Shown here: piece after piece, positions 36,497 to 45,285 of the stretch
Layout: every line of letters begins with the position of its first letter
Position numbering within the stretch: position 1 is the stretch's first letter
From: Candidatus Omnitrophota bacterium
Lineage (GTDB): Bacteria; Omnitrophota; Omnitrophia; Omnitrophales; Aquincolibacteriaceae
Assembly (NCBI GenBank): GCA_016930235.1
Contig: JAFGHI010000005.1
Coordinates: forward strand, 1-62,488
Length of the DNA stretch: 62,488 nt
Reading direction: 5' to 3'
The notes under the pieces: generated by a model
The model's database searches: none
Told to the model about the DNA's origin: nothing
What the model saw: the letters and a program-made list of their open reading frames with translations, nothing else
Program-made: the position numbers and the translations under genes

Positions 36497-36996
36497 AAAA
36501 TACTCCCAACGAATTTTGCTTTAGGTCCAATCTTTCTGATCATATGCTTCCACTGTACCAGAAATAGGTCGGTCACAGGGTAAACGACCCTGGCTGTCAA
36601 AGTGGGCGTATGAGAGCGAACCACCGTCTCCAAAAAAATAAGTTTTGTTTTGGAAAACCATTTGGCCATATAAAACGCAGGGATGGCAATCTCAGAACCT
36701 GTCGAAAAAAGGAAATCGGGCTTTTCCTCGCGCATGATCTTTATCAATTTCGGAATGCTCAAAAGAAGATTAGCCATGATTTTTAGATTATTGGCGCCAT
36801 AAAATTTTAATCGGTAAACTTTTTCGATCGATCGAAATCGGAAATTGTTCAGGACATCTGAATCGTAGGAAATCAGAAAAACCTCATGGCCATCAAATCC
36901 CTCCAAAACGGAAAGCGCCTGCACAAGATGACCCCCGGGTGCGCAAATAATGCCAATTTTCTTAGCCCCCATCGTGCTGTTCCTTTTCTCCGACAT
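36493..36996 (-). CDS. Alg14/PssD-like membrane-anchor half of a split glycosyltransferase
   Basis: 167 aa with ICAPGGHLVQAL, a GGH motif as in Alg14-like proteins. Confidence 0.7.
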   Translation of the reverse strand: MSEKRNSTMGAKKIGIICAPGGHLVQALSVLEGFDGHEVFLISYDSDVLNNFRFRSIEKVYRLKFYGANNLKIMANLLLSIPKLIKIMREEKPDFLFSTGSEIAIPAFYMAKWFSKTKLIFLETVVRSHTPTLTARVVYPVTDLFLVQWKHMIRKIGPKAKFVGSIL

Positions 36997-36997
36997 C

Positions 36998-38056
36998 TTA
37001 TAGAATACCTCTCTTTTTTAATTCTCCCAAAAGGTAATCCGCTGCAACCTGATGCCCTCGAGAATTCCAGTGACCATCGGCCTTAAAATACAATCTTTCC
37101 CCTTTTTGTGCGACCCTAAGTAATTCAGGCAATAAATCGATATACAAAACGCCATGTTGAGCACAAATCTCGGAAAGCCTCTTTTCTAAATCATCAAAAT
37201 AACGATAAAACGAAGGCTCTTTAAACCAGCCGGGATGAACCTGCCCTCGATGCGGGATAAAAAATAAAACCAGCCGGATCCCTTTCTCGTGGCTGATCTG
37301 GCTCATGATTTGAAGGCGTTTCTCGACAAAATTCAGCGCTTCTTGGCTGCGTTTACTGGCCGATGTCTCATCTCCAGAATGAAGATATTCATACAATAAC
37401 TCAACGCCCCTCAAGATCAAATGAACGCTTTTAAAATGCCGCGAAAGGAATAAACGTTCTTTGATAAAAGGTTGCTGAACGGATTCAGCCCTCAAAAGAA
37501 AACCATCATAAGGCACATGAAACGGCTCAAGGCTGTCGACATGATCATTGACATCAAAACCGATCATCACCATATCCGGCTGATATTGAATTGCCTTTTC
37601 TTTAAAAAGCAGGGATTCCTGGAGAAACGAATAGCCGGGAATCCCCATATTGATGATCTCATAGGTGATTTTGCGATCGGTCATATCATTTAACTTTTTC
37701 TCCATCTGGACTAAATAAGTCTCCTCACCCTCCACACCGAAACCAAAGGTAAAAGAATCACCCAAGCCAAGAATTCGGTAGGTACCCTCCGGTTTTATTT
37801 GGGAGTGTTCACGATCGCGAAACCCTTGAGAATTAGTTTGGACGTCCGTATGGTATTCGGAGGTGTGTAACACCACGTGATTATTTTCCGCCAGCTTCCA
37901 ACCTAAAAGATCATCATGAATGTAAAAATACCTTGGCTCAACGTCCAAATGCGGAAACCGAAAAACACGGATTAAAACCTCTAGAAGGCACAAAGTCAAA
38001 ATAAAAATAAAAATAGCGGTTATGAAAATTTTGATCCATCTTTTGATCACTGACAT
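36998..38056 (-). CDS. Membrane-anchored SGNH/GDSL hydrolase-family protein
   Basis: N-terminal TM helix, block I LGLGDSFTFGFG, and C-terminal DGHWNSRGH (block V DxxH). Confidence 0.7.
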   Translation of the reverse strand: MSVIKRWIKIFITAIFIFILTLCLLEVLIRVFRFPHLDVEPRYFYIHDDLLGWKLAENNHVVLHTSEYHTDVQTNSQGFRDREHSQIKPEGTYRILGLGDSFTFGFGVEGEETYLVQMEKKLNDMTDRKITYEIINMGIPGYSFLQESLLFKEKAIQYQPDMVMIGFDVNDHVDSLEPFHVPYDGFLLRAESVQQPFIKERLFLSRHFKSVHLILRGVELLYEYLHSGDETSASKRSQEALNFVEKRLQIMSQISHEKGIRLVLFFIPHRGQVHPGWFKEPSFYRYFDDLEKRLSEICAQHGVLYIDLLPELLRVAQKGERLYFKADGHWNSRGHQVAADYLLGELKKRGIL

Positions 38057-39060
38057 GGATCAACCTCGTTTCCCCGAATTTCACCCGTCCTAGACTGAAC
38101 ACGGATCGAACCCCACCACATCATTCCCCAGAAAAGAACCATCATCAACTCAAAAAAACGGTTAAGCACAATGTAAGGTCCGGCCTGAGCCTGAAATCCC
38201 AGGATGCTTAAAATGAGACCAGGTGCAATATCCCCTATCCCTATACCTCCCGGAACCGGCGATAAGATCACACTCATCCACATAGCCGCCAAAATACCCA
38301 AAACAGTCAATAAAGGAAGCCTCACACCGATCGCCATCAAAATCGCCATTGCCATCACAATCACAGTAGCCCTCTTGACAAGTGTGACCCCAATCAGAAG
38401 AACTAAAACCCGCCGGGCCCTAAATATTTCCATGGTCTGATAAAAAAGAACCACATGCCTTTCAATGGCCTCTTCATATTTGAAGAGCCTGTCAATAATG
38501 GCTATGCCGTTGAATCTTTGGAGAAACCCCTTGACCCACGAACAAATGATCAAACCCGATTTTTGATGGAAACTCAAAAAAACAATGAGGGAAATGAGAA
38601 ATAAAATAACGGCCATTAAAATCCAATAGGTTGATGCCAAATAAGAAGAAAAGAAAACGCCCAGAATGAAAAGGGACAAAACAAGTGTTGTTCCCCCTTC
38701 CGTGATACGATTGAAGATGGACCACGCCAGGACTTTTCCTTGAATACGGCGCCAACCCAAAGAAACAATAATATCCCCTGAGCGGGCAGGCGACAACATC
38801 CCGCAAACGACAATACTCGAAAAAATAGGCAATAAAGGCTGACTGCCTCGATCCATCGTGGCGCTGTACATAATCTTCCATTTCAGATAAATGAGAAATT
38901 GCGACAAAACAAATAGGACAACCGCTATTAAAAACCAGGAAGGGTGAAGATCTAAAAGAATTTCCCAATGCCGGGCAAAGTCAAGCTTCCACAGCAAGAT
39001 GACAAAAATCAAAAGCCCCAGAAACCACGCCAACCATCGCTTTTTATCCATAAAGATCAA
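38047..39060 (-). CDS. Flippase-like (lysyl-PG synthase TM region / UPF0104 family) membrane protein, copy A
   Basis: 337-aa polytopic protein with SPARSGD and SPVPGGIGIGD motifs. Clear paralog of the adjacent gene. Confidence 0.65.
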   Translation of the reverse strand: MIFMDKKRWLAWFLGLLIFVILLWKLDFARHWEILLDLHPSWFLIAVVLFVLSQFLIYLKWKIMYSATMDRGSQPLLPIFSSIVVCGMLSPARSGDIIVSLGWRRIQGKVLAWSIFNRITEGGTTLVLSLFILGVFFSSYLASTYWILMAVILFLISLIVFLSFHQKSGLIICSWVKGFLQRFNGIAIIDRLFKYEEAIERHVVLFYQTMEIFRARRVLVLLIGVTLVKRATVIVMAMAILMAIGVRLPLLTVLGILAAMWMSVILSPVPGGIGIGDIAPGLILSILGFQAQAGPYIVLNRFFELMMVLFWGMMWWGSIRVQSRTGEIRGNEVDPCQ

Positions 39061-40046
39061 GCATCCTTTATCACAAAACTCTTTTCCCGGGTCCGAGTCC
39101 GTATAAAAACAAAAGACCAGAATAAAATAATCGATGCTTCAATCAAGCGGTTTAAGAGAATAAAACCTCCCGCATATTCCTTAAATCCAACGCCGCTTAA
39201 AATCAAACTCGGTGCGATATCCCCGATACCCAATCCCCCTGGCGTCGGCGCCAAAAAAACACCGATCCAGATCGAAGCCAGGATTCCCAGAATAATCATC
39301 CATGGCACAAAAACTCCGAGCGAAGCCAAGATCATGCCGTTTAAAAAAATGATGACGCCCCGGTTCAGCAGTGTAATGAAAATGAGGAGAACCAATACGT
39401 GCTTGGACTTAAATTGCGCCATTGTATCATAGTAAAATTTCATCTGACGCTTGATTCTCTCCTCATATTTAAGAATCCTGGCGACGAGGATGAGACCCCG
39501 GAATTTAAGAAGAATATCGCGGCAAGATTTCAAAAAAGACATGCCCGCTTTTCGATTCAAAGAAATAAAAATAGCCAGAACCGCCAAAAAAAGAAAAACC
39601 AAAACGTAGGGCCACCGAAAGCTCTCAAAATAAGAATTGAAAAAGAAACCAAAGATGGCAAGCGAGATAATGATGGTAACACTTCCTTCCGAAATCCGGT
39701 GAAAAATCGACCAGGCAAGGACCTTCCCCTGAATACTCCGCCACGACAAGGAGACCAGGATATCCCCCGAACGCCCCGGTGTGATCATGCTCCCCACAAG
39801 CACGCTGGCATAAACGGGTAATAGCGGCTGACGATGATTTTCGATACTGGCATGATACATAACCCGCCATTTGACATAGCCCAAATACTGCTGAACCGCC
39901 ATCAAGCAGACAACTATCAAAAAATACTTGAGATTTAAATGGGCAATCTTCCCTAAGGACTTCCCGATATCGAGATACCCCAGAAGTGCAACAAAAACAG
40001 CTAATCCCAAAAAAATCCAGACAAAATTCTTTTTGCTTAAAAACAT
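39057..40046 (-). CDS. Flippase-like (lysyl-PG synthase TM region / UPF0104 family) membrane protein, copy B
   Basis: 329 aa with TPGRSGD and APTPGGLGIGD. Collinear similarity with copy A along the whole length. 4-nt overlap. Confidence 0.65.
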   Translation of the reverse strand: MFLSKKNFVWIFLGLAVFVALLGYLDIGKSLGKIAHLNLKYFLIVVCLMAVQQYLGYVKWRVMYHASIENHRQPLLPVYASVLVGSMITPGRSGDILVSLSWRSIQGKVLAWSIFHRISEGSVTIIISLAIFGFFFNSYFESFRWPYVLVFLFLAVLAIFISLNRKAGMSFLKSCRDILLKFRGLILVARILKYEERIKRQMKFYYDTMAQFKSKHVLVLLIFITLLNRGVIIFLNGMILASLGVFVPWMIILGILASIWIGVFLAPTPGGLGIGDIAPSLILSGVGFKEYAGGFILLNRLIEASIILFWSFVFIRTRTREKSFVIKDA

Positions 40047-40096
40047 TGCTTACCTTTTTCGGTTTCCCCGAAGGAGGCCAACACAAACTACCGGCA

Positions 40097-40741
40097 TCAC
40101 TCAACCTTGTTCTCGACAAAATCGATCGGGGTCTGCTTCCCTAAAAAATAATGCGCCAAAGCCAAATATTCATAAAGAACTTGCCGCGTCATCGGGACAT
40201 CATGCCACCAGTCTTTAAGGTTCAAAGAATCAACGGGGCAGCTAACCGACCATCGAAATTTTTTCGGCATCACTCTTTCAAAGATGATTTTAACGCGCCG
40301 GCTATGAAGTGGCGATGTAACAAGAATAAAAGAGCTTAACGCTTTTTCTTCCATATATTTTTTTAAATAGATGGCATTTTCAAAGGTCGTGCGAGAATCC
40401 TTTTCCGATACAATAGCTTCATCAGGAACACCCAATTTATTGGCATAAATCCTGGCCACATCAATACCGGCAAGTTCTATAATCTCAGTCGAACCGGATA
40501 AGAATAGCACGGGAGCCAATCCCTTGTGATAAAGTTGAGCCCCATGACGGATACGTCTTTCGATATTAATGCCACTTAAAACAACGATAAGATCTGAATT
40601 CTCTACAGGTTCGCTGACAATCAGCGCCTCGGCTACAGAAGGAAGCCATCGGGCCCTCAGAGCATACATGATAAAGGGTAAGGTCAATATCATTACGACC
40701 AGCAAAATTGATATTACTTTCAACTTTTTCATCACACCCAC
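40097..40741 (-). CDS. YdcF/DUF218 (ElyC/SanA-like) envelope protein
   Basis: N-terminal TM helix. LIVVLSG...RIRHGAQLYHKGLAPVLFLSG and LVTSPLHSRR are DUF218 hallmarks. Confidence 0.75.
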   Translation of the reverse strand: MGVMKKLKVISILLVVMILTLPFIMYALRARWLPSVAEALIVSEPVENSDLIVVLSGINIERRIRHGAQLYHKGLAPVLFLSGSTEIIELAGIDVARIYANKLGVPDEAIVSEKDSRTTFENAIYLKKYMEEKALSSFILVTSPLHSRRVKIIFERVMPKKFRWSVSCPVDSLNLKDWWHDVPMTRQVLYEYLALAHYFLGKQTPIDFVENKVE

Positions 40742-40772
40742 TAAAATTGAAAAGAATTATTGAGTGAAGGGG

Positions 40773-41534
40773 TTATCCCGTCTTTTGGCCATAGACAAGG
40801 TTCCACCAGCCGAAAAGTTTAAAAAACGGTTTTCGCCTGATATTTTCCTCGCGCTGCGCAATGGCCTTTGACCAAGATAGAGGGAAACGGTTATAAACAT
40901 AGGATGCTGCTTCCACGTCAACATCCTGAAAACCGCATTTTTTAAGCTTACGCATCATATAAAAAGGAGATAAAGGCCTTTCTCCGGGGACAAGCCCCAT
41001 GATTCCCGGCTTGATCTTCTGGAGGATGAGCATCGGAAAACCATTGGGAAAAAAGAGATTCGGTTCATTCGCAACAAGCCAGCCGCCCGGTTTCAGGATG
41101 CGTTTGAATTCCAGAATAAAGTCCTCCATCCGCCCCTGGGATATCAAATGATGCAACAGACCGGAGCAGACAGCAAAATCAAAACTTTCATTTTGAAAAG
41201 GCAGTTGAAGAACGTCCCCATTGACACAAGGCATCCCAAAGCTCTGATGGAACTTGAGTAAACATTCCTGGGTAACATCGATACCGATAATGCGGTCTGT
41301 TACGGGCGTTAAGAATTTCATATCCGCCTCTCCAGTACTACAAGCCAAATTGAGAATGCGAGAAGCACGCGTTGCACCTTTCCGGCGAAGTAAACTGGTC
41401 ATGCACCGGCGAACTTGTTCATGAGCATAAAGCTGACGGGGATCGCCTTTGCCCTCATAAAAATCGATGTGTTTTTGCTCGCGGTAAAAGCGGCGTTCGT
41501 TTTCAAGAAGAACTGAGCGGGCTTGAGACATCAT
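40773..41534 (-). CDS. Class I SAM-dependent methyltransferase
   Basis: ILNLACSTGE motif I, FDFAVCSGLLHHL, LKPGGWLV. Confidence 0.8.
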   Translation of the reverse strand: MMSQARSVLLENERRFYREQKHIDFYEGKGDPRQLYAHEQVRRCMTSLLRRKGATRASRILNLACSTGEADMKFLTPVTDRIIGIDVTQECLLKFHQSFGMPCVNGDVLQLPFQNESFDFAVCSGLLHHLISQGRMEDFILEFKRILKPGGWLVANEPNLFFPNGFPMLILQKIKPGIMGLVPGERPLSPFYMMRKLKKCGFQDVDVEAASYVYNRFPLSWSKAIAQREENIRRKPFFKLFGWWNLVYGQKTG

Positions 41535-42544
41535 TCCGTCGATTGAAGCGTGCGCCTGCGGCGGCTGGTCATCCAGCGGTAGTTGTAGTAGATGGGATTA
41601 TCGAGATCCGTTAAACGCATCTCCCTTAACTTGGATGCAAGAAATCGAACCGAATCAGCCAACGGATATTGGGGAGTAAATCCCAATTTATTCTGAATCT
41701 TCTCGGTACTTGCACGATAGCTCCGAGAATGGATATCTTTCCGATCAATATCAATGCGGACAATCCTTCCGGTTAACTCCTTCAAGGTTTCTTTCACGAT
41801 ATCCGCAATTTCGATAACGCGAAGATTTTCGGTCGCTACATTAAAAATCTCAGCCTTGACTTTATCTTCGGGAGCTTCCAAACAAACAAAATAGGCTTGA
41901 ATAAGATCCCGAATATCCAGAATGGGACGCCAAGCCAAGCCCGCGTTTAAAACGCGAAACCCACCATTCATCAACCCATTTTTAACGAATGTGTTCACCA
42001 CCAAATCAAAGCGCATACGGGGACTATAACCGTGCAGTGTACCTTTCCTCAGTATGATCGGACAGAATTGAGGACTTGCTAGTTTCTTCAGAGCCATCTC
42101 GGCTTCGTGTTTGGAAATCGCATAAGGTCCTTTTGGGGCAATCGATGAGGTTTCTGTAAAAAAACCTTCATTCGCCAGGACCTCATGATCATAAACCGAG
42201 GTGCTGGAGGCAAAGATAAATCGCCGGACCCCCATCTCTTTACAGAGGAGGGCCACCCTTTCTGTCGCGTGCGTATTGATTTCATAGCAAGCCTTGGGAT
42301 TGTGATCGGCCGTAGCGTCATTAGTGACACCCGCCAAGTAGAATACTGTATCGACGCCGCGAAGGTGTTCGGCATCAAATCGCCGGACATCTCCGACAAT
42401 GAGCTCCACTTTCTTTTTGATCTCACCCAGATAAGAATCCCCGTAGACAAGCTTGTCGAAAACTCGAACCTTCTTCTGATGTTTCAGAAGTTCTTCGGTA
42501 AGAACACAGCCGACATAGCCGGCGCCGCCGATGATAAGGATCAT
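41531..42544 (-). CDS. NAD-dependent sugar-nucleotide epimerase/dehydratase (extended SDR)
   Basis: MILIIGGAGYVG Rossmann motif and catalytic YAISK (YxxxK). Its start overlaps the upstream stop as ATGA. Confidence 0.85.
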   Translation of the reverse strand: MILIIGGAGYVGCVLTEELLKHQKKVRVFDKLVYGDSYLGEIKKKVELIVGDVRRFDAEHLRGVDTVFYLAGVTNDATADHNPKACYEINTHATERVALLCKEMGVRRFIFASSTSVYDHEVLANEGFFTETSSIAPKGPYAISKHEAEMALKKLASPQFCPIILRKGTLHGYSPRMRFDLVVNTFVKNGLMNGGFRVLNAGLAWRPILDIRDLIQAYFVCLEAPEDKVKAEIFNVATENLRVIEIADIVKETLKELTGRIVRIDIDRKDIHSRSYRASTEKIQNKLGFTPQYPLADSVRFLASKLREMRLTDLDNPIYYNYRWMTSRRRRTLQSTE

Positions 42545-43035
42545 CGTCCTTTTACCTCCCACACAAAACCAAAAGAATCCGGGGGAACACGCACCTCATC
42601 GGGATTCGCGTGATTATAAACCTCACTGGCAATGCTGATCATCTGAGTATCATCCTGTAAGGACATCCAGCCGTGAAAAACTCCGGGCGGGATCACCAAC
42701 AGACCCGGTTTTCTGTCACCAATCACAAAGGTATTCATCATTTCATACGTCGGACTGTCAGGGCGATCATCCCTCAAAGCAAATTTTGCCGACCCGTGAC
42801 TGATAAAAAAATAGTCCCACAAGACCTCATGTTTATGAAAAGCCCGAATGGTCCCGCGAGTCATATTGCCGACCAAATAAACCTGACCGAATTTATTAAA
42901 GCAGGGATCTGTTTTCCTAAAGATTTCCATTAAATATCCCCGATCATCATGGTGAGCTTGGATGGGGATCAATTGAACCCCGTTAATTGTCTTTGAAACT
43001 GACTTTTGGTTTTCTTTCTTCTCAGCCGTTTTCAC
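42541..43035 (-). CDS. RmlC-like cupin (dTDP-4-dehydrorhamnose 3,5-epimerase-related)
   Basis: 164 aa with HHDDRGYLMEIF...RAFHKH...GVFHGW, as in sugar 3,5-epimerase/isomerase cupins. Confidence 0.7.
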   Translation of the reverse strand: MKTAEKKENQKSVSKTINGVQLIPIQAHHDDRGYLMEIFRKTDPCFNKFGQVYLVGNMTRGTIRAFHKHEVLWDYFFISHGSAKFALRDDRPDSPTYEMMNTFVIGDRKPGLLVIPPGVFHGWMSLQDDTQMISIASEVYNHANPDEVRVPPDSFGFVWEVKGR

Positions 43036-43060
43036 TCTTCTTACCCCCTTTTAAAAATGA

Positions 43061-44197
43061 TTAAACCGAAATGGTTTTCTTGATTTTCGCATAACCGGTC
43101 ACGGCGTCAATCACCTGTTGGATTTCGCTTTCCGTCATGGACGAGAAGAGAGGCAACAATACGATCTTTTGCCATACCGATTCGGCCACAGGCGTTCTGG
43201 GATCCTCGACCCGATAATAAGGATGCTGATAAATCGGCATATAGTGAACCCCTGAGGAAATGCCGTTGGATTTCAAATGTTCCATAAAATCATCGCGCGA
43301 AATACGTTCCGTATCGATCTTGGTTGCATAATTATGATGGGAACTTTTTGCATAGGAACGAATAACAGGCGTTTTAAGCCAGTCAAGGCCCTTAAAAGCT
43401 TCATTGTAAAGATCCGCGATTTTCCGCCGCCTTTCATTCATCGACTCTAATTTTTCAAGCTGGGCCATAGCAATCGCAGCGGTAATATCGTTCATATACC
43501 CCTTATAACCCAAACATGATATTTCGTAATACCAATCATAACCTTTTTTATCTCTCTGATAAGTATCCTTACTGGCGCCTAGCCATCTTAAACTTCCAAG
43601 CTGCCTCGCATAATTTTCGTTATGAGTGGTAACCATTCCGCCATCCCCAGCCGCAAGGGGTTTGACCGCATGAAAACTAAAACAGCCCATATCACCGAAA
43701 CTTCCTGTTTGCTTGTTTTTATAATAAGCGCCGCCGGTATGAGCGCAATCTTCAAGGACAGGGATATTCTTGGCCTTTGCAATGGCAAGAATCCGATCCA
43801 TATCACAAGGATGACCGCCATAATGGACGGGAATAATCGCCTTCGTCTTTTTGGTAATCTTTTTTTCAAGATCCGCGGGGTCCATGCAAAGGGTATCGGG
43901 ATCGACATCGACATAGACGGGAGTTGCTTGATTGTAAACCGCAGCTGTTACAGTCGAAACGAAGGTCAGCGGCGGAACACAAACTTCACCCCCCTTAACT
44001 TTGAGCACATCCAAAGCCATTTGGAGAGCAATCGTGCAACTGCTTGTGCCGACTGCATAAGGGGTTCCCACATAAGCTGCAAACCTCTCCTCAAACTCCT
44101 TGGTTTTAGGCCCTAGGGTAATGTAACCCGTGTTAAAGACTTGCTCGAGATTTGTTAATTCTTCCTTCCCTAAAGAGGGTTTAAAAAGAGGGATCAT
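43061..44197 (-). CDS. DegT/DnrJ/EryC1/StrS-family PLP sugar aminotransferase
   Basis: 378 aa. PLP lysine context CFSFHAVKPLAAGDGG, and the family-typical N-terminus. Confidence 0.9.
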   Translation of the reverse strand: MIPLFKPSLGKEELTNLEQVFNTGYITLGPKTKEFEERFAAYVGTPYAVGTSSCTIALQMALDVLKVKGGEVCVPPLTFVSTVTAAVYNQATPVYVDVDPDTLCMDPADLEKKITKKTKAIIPVHYGGHPCDMDRILAIAKAKNIPVLEDCAHTGGAYYKNKQTGSFGDMGCFSFHAVKPLAAGDGGMVTTHNENYARQLGSLRWLGASKDTYQRDKKGYDWYYEISCLGYKGYMNDITAAIAMAQLEKLESMNERRRKIADLYNEAFKGLDWLKTPVIRSYAKSSHHNYATKIDTERISRDDFMEHLKSNGISSGVHYMPIYQHPYYRVEDPRTPVAESVWQKIVLLPLFSSMTESEIQQVIDAVTGYAKIKKTISV

Positions 44198-44205
44198 GCC
44201 AACTC

Positions 44206-45285
44206 CTAATCTTTAAGCGCTAATTCGCGCGTCGTCATTCCAAATTGTTCAAAAATACGGCGAAATTGGCGATTGGAAATCTTTCGATTCGCCATGATCA
44301 CCTGGCGTTTCGTCCACATCCCAGGAATCCCCAAAACGGCCGCAAATTGAGCTTTCAGCAAAATACCTATTAACTGCCACGTTGAAAATTTCTCCGTAAA
44401 CTTTCCTGCGGACCCACGTTTAAAAAGAGCCCCGTAAGCTTGAAAAATGTAACGTTTAAAAGAGTAATAAACGCTCAAAATCAAATCCGCAAGGGGAAAA
44501 TTTTTAACGGCGGTCCAAATACGGTTTCTCTCGGTTAAAAATGCCTTTTTAGGTGAATATTCCCCCATCGTTGCCGAGTACATATGGTAAACGATTGCCG
44601 TCGGGATAAAAAGGCTTTTCCATCCCGCCCACTGGGCACGGAACCCCAAATCAAGTTCTTCATTACAATTAAAAAAATCCTCATCGTAACCGCCGATTTC
44701 ATCGATCATGGTTTTACGATAAAGACCGCCGCAGTCACTAATGAAAAAAATCTCCTCGGGATCATTAAAGCAATCCTTTGCTTTCTCCAAACGGCCTCGT
44801 CCGCGCCCTAAACCGTCGCGGTAAATCACAATCCCGCAAACATCGATAACATCGCGGGAATAATAATTGATCACCTTTGTGGCCCAGGAACCGACATCCG
44901 AAGGACTGGCTTCCGCGGCTTCCACAAGCTCTTCGATACAATTAGGGGCCACTTCGGTATCATTATTCAGCATCATGATATATTTCCCCTGGGCCACCCT
45001 CAGACCCAAATTATTCCCACCCGCAAATCCAAGATTCTTCTCGCTCCGGATAATCCTGACAGTAGGAAATTCCCGTTCGACATAAGAGACTGAATCGTCC
45101 GTGGAGCCATTATCCACGACAATCACTTCCAAAGGAGAATAGGTCTGGTTTTTTAAGGAAGACAAACTGCTTTCAAGCAGATGTTTGCCGTTCCAGTTAA
45201 GCACAATAACCGAAACCAGTGTTTTTTCGGTCCCAAGAGGGTTTTCACCCGATTCTAAGCAAGAAGTTCGTGTTTGATTTTCCAT
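44206..45285 (-). CDS. Family 2 glycosyltransferase
   Basis: VSVIVLNWNG...VIVVDNGSTDDS and a DxD-containing core. Confidence 0.85.
   Translation of the reverse strand: MENQTRTSCLESGENPLGTEKTLVSVIVLNWNGKHLLESSLSSLKNQTYSPLEVIVVDNGSTDDSVSYVEREFPTVRIIRSEKNLGFAGGNNLGLRVAQGKYIMMLNNDTEVAPNCIEELVEAAEASPSDVGSWATKVINYYSRDVIDVCGIVIYRDGLGRGRGRLEKAKDCFNDPEEIFFISDCGGLYRKTMIDEIGGYDEDFFNCNEELDLGFRAQWAGWKSLFIPTAIVYHMYSATMGEYSPKKAFLTERNRIWTAVKNFPLADLILSVYYSFKRYIFQAYGALFKRGSAGKFTEKFSTWQLIGILLKAQFAAVLGIPGMWTKRQVIMANRKISNRQFRRIFEQFGMTTRELALKD

Noticed and set aside
38492-40119. Alternative-frame and antisense ORFs 38492-38968(-), 38968-39432(+), 39399-39821(+) and 39625-40119(-), 140-164 aa each
   Set aside because: They overlap the two flippase-like paralogs, whose mutual similarity validates the chosen frames. 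The alternative translations are Lys/Pro/Arg-rich and have no recognisable motifs.
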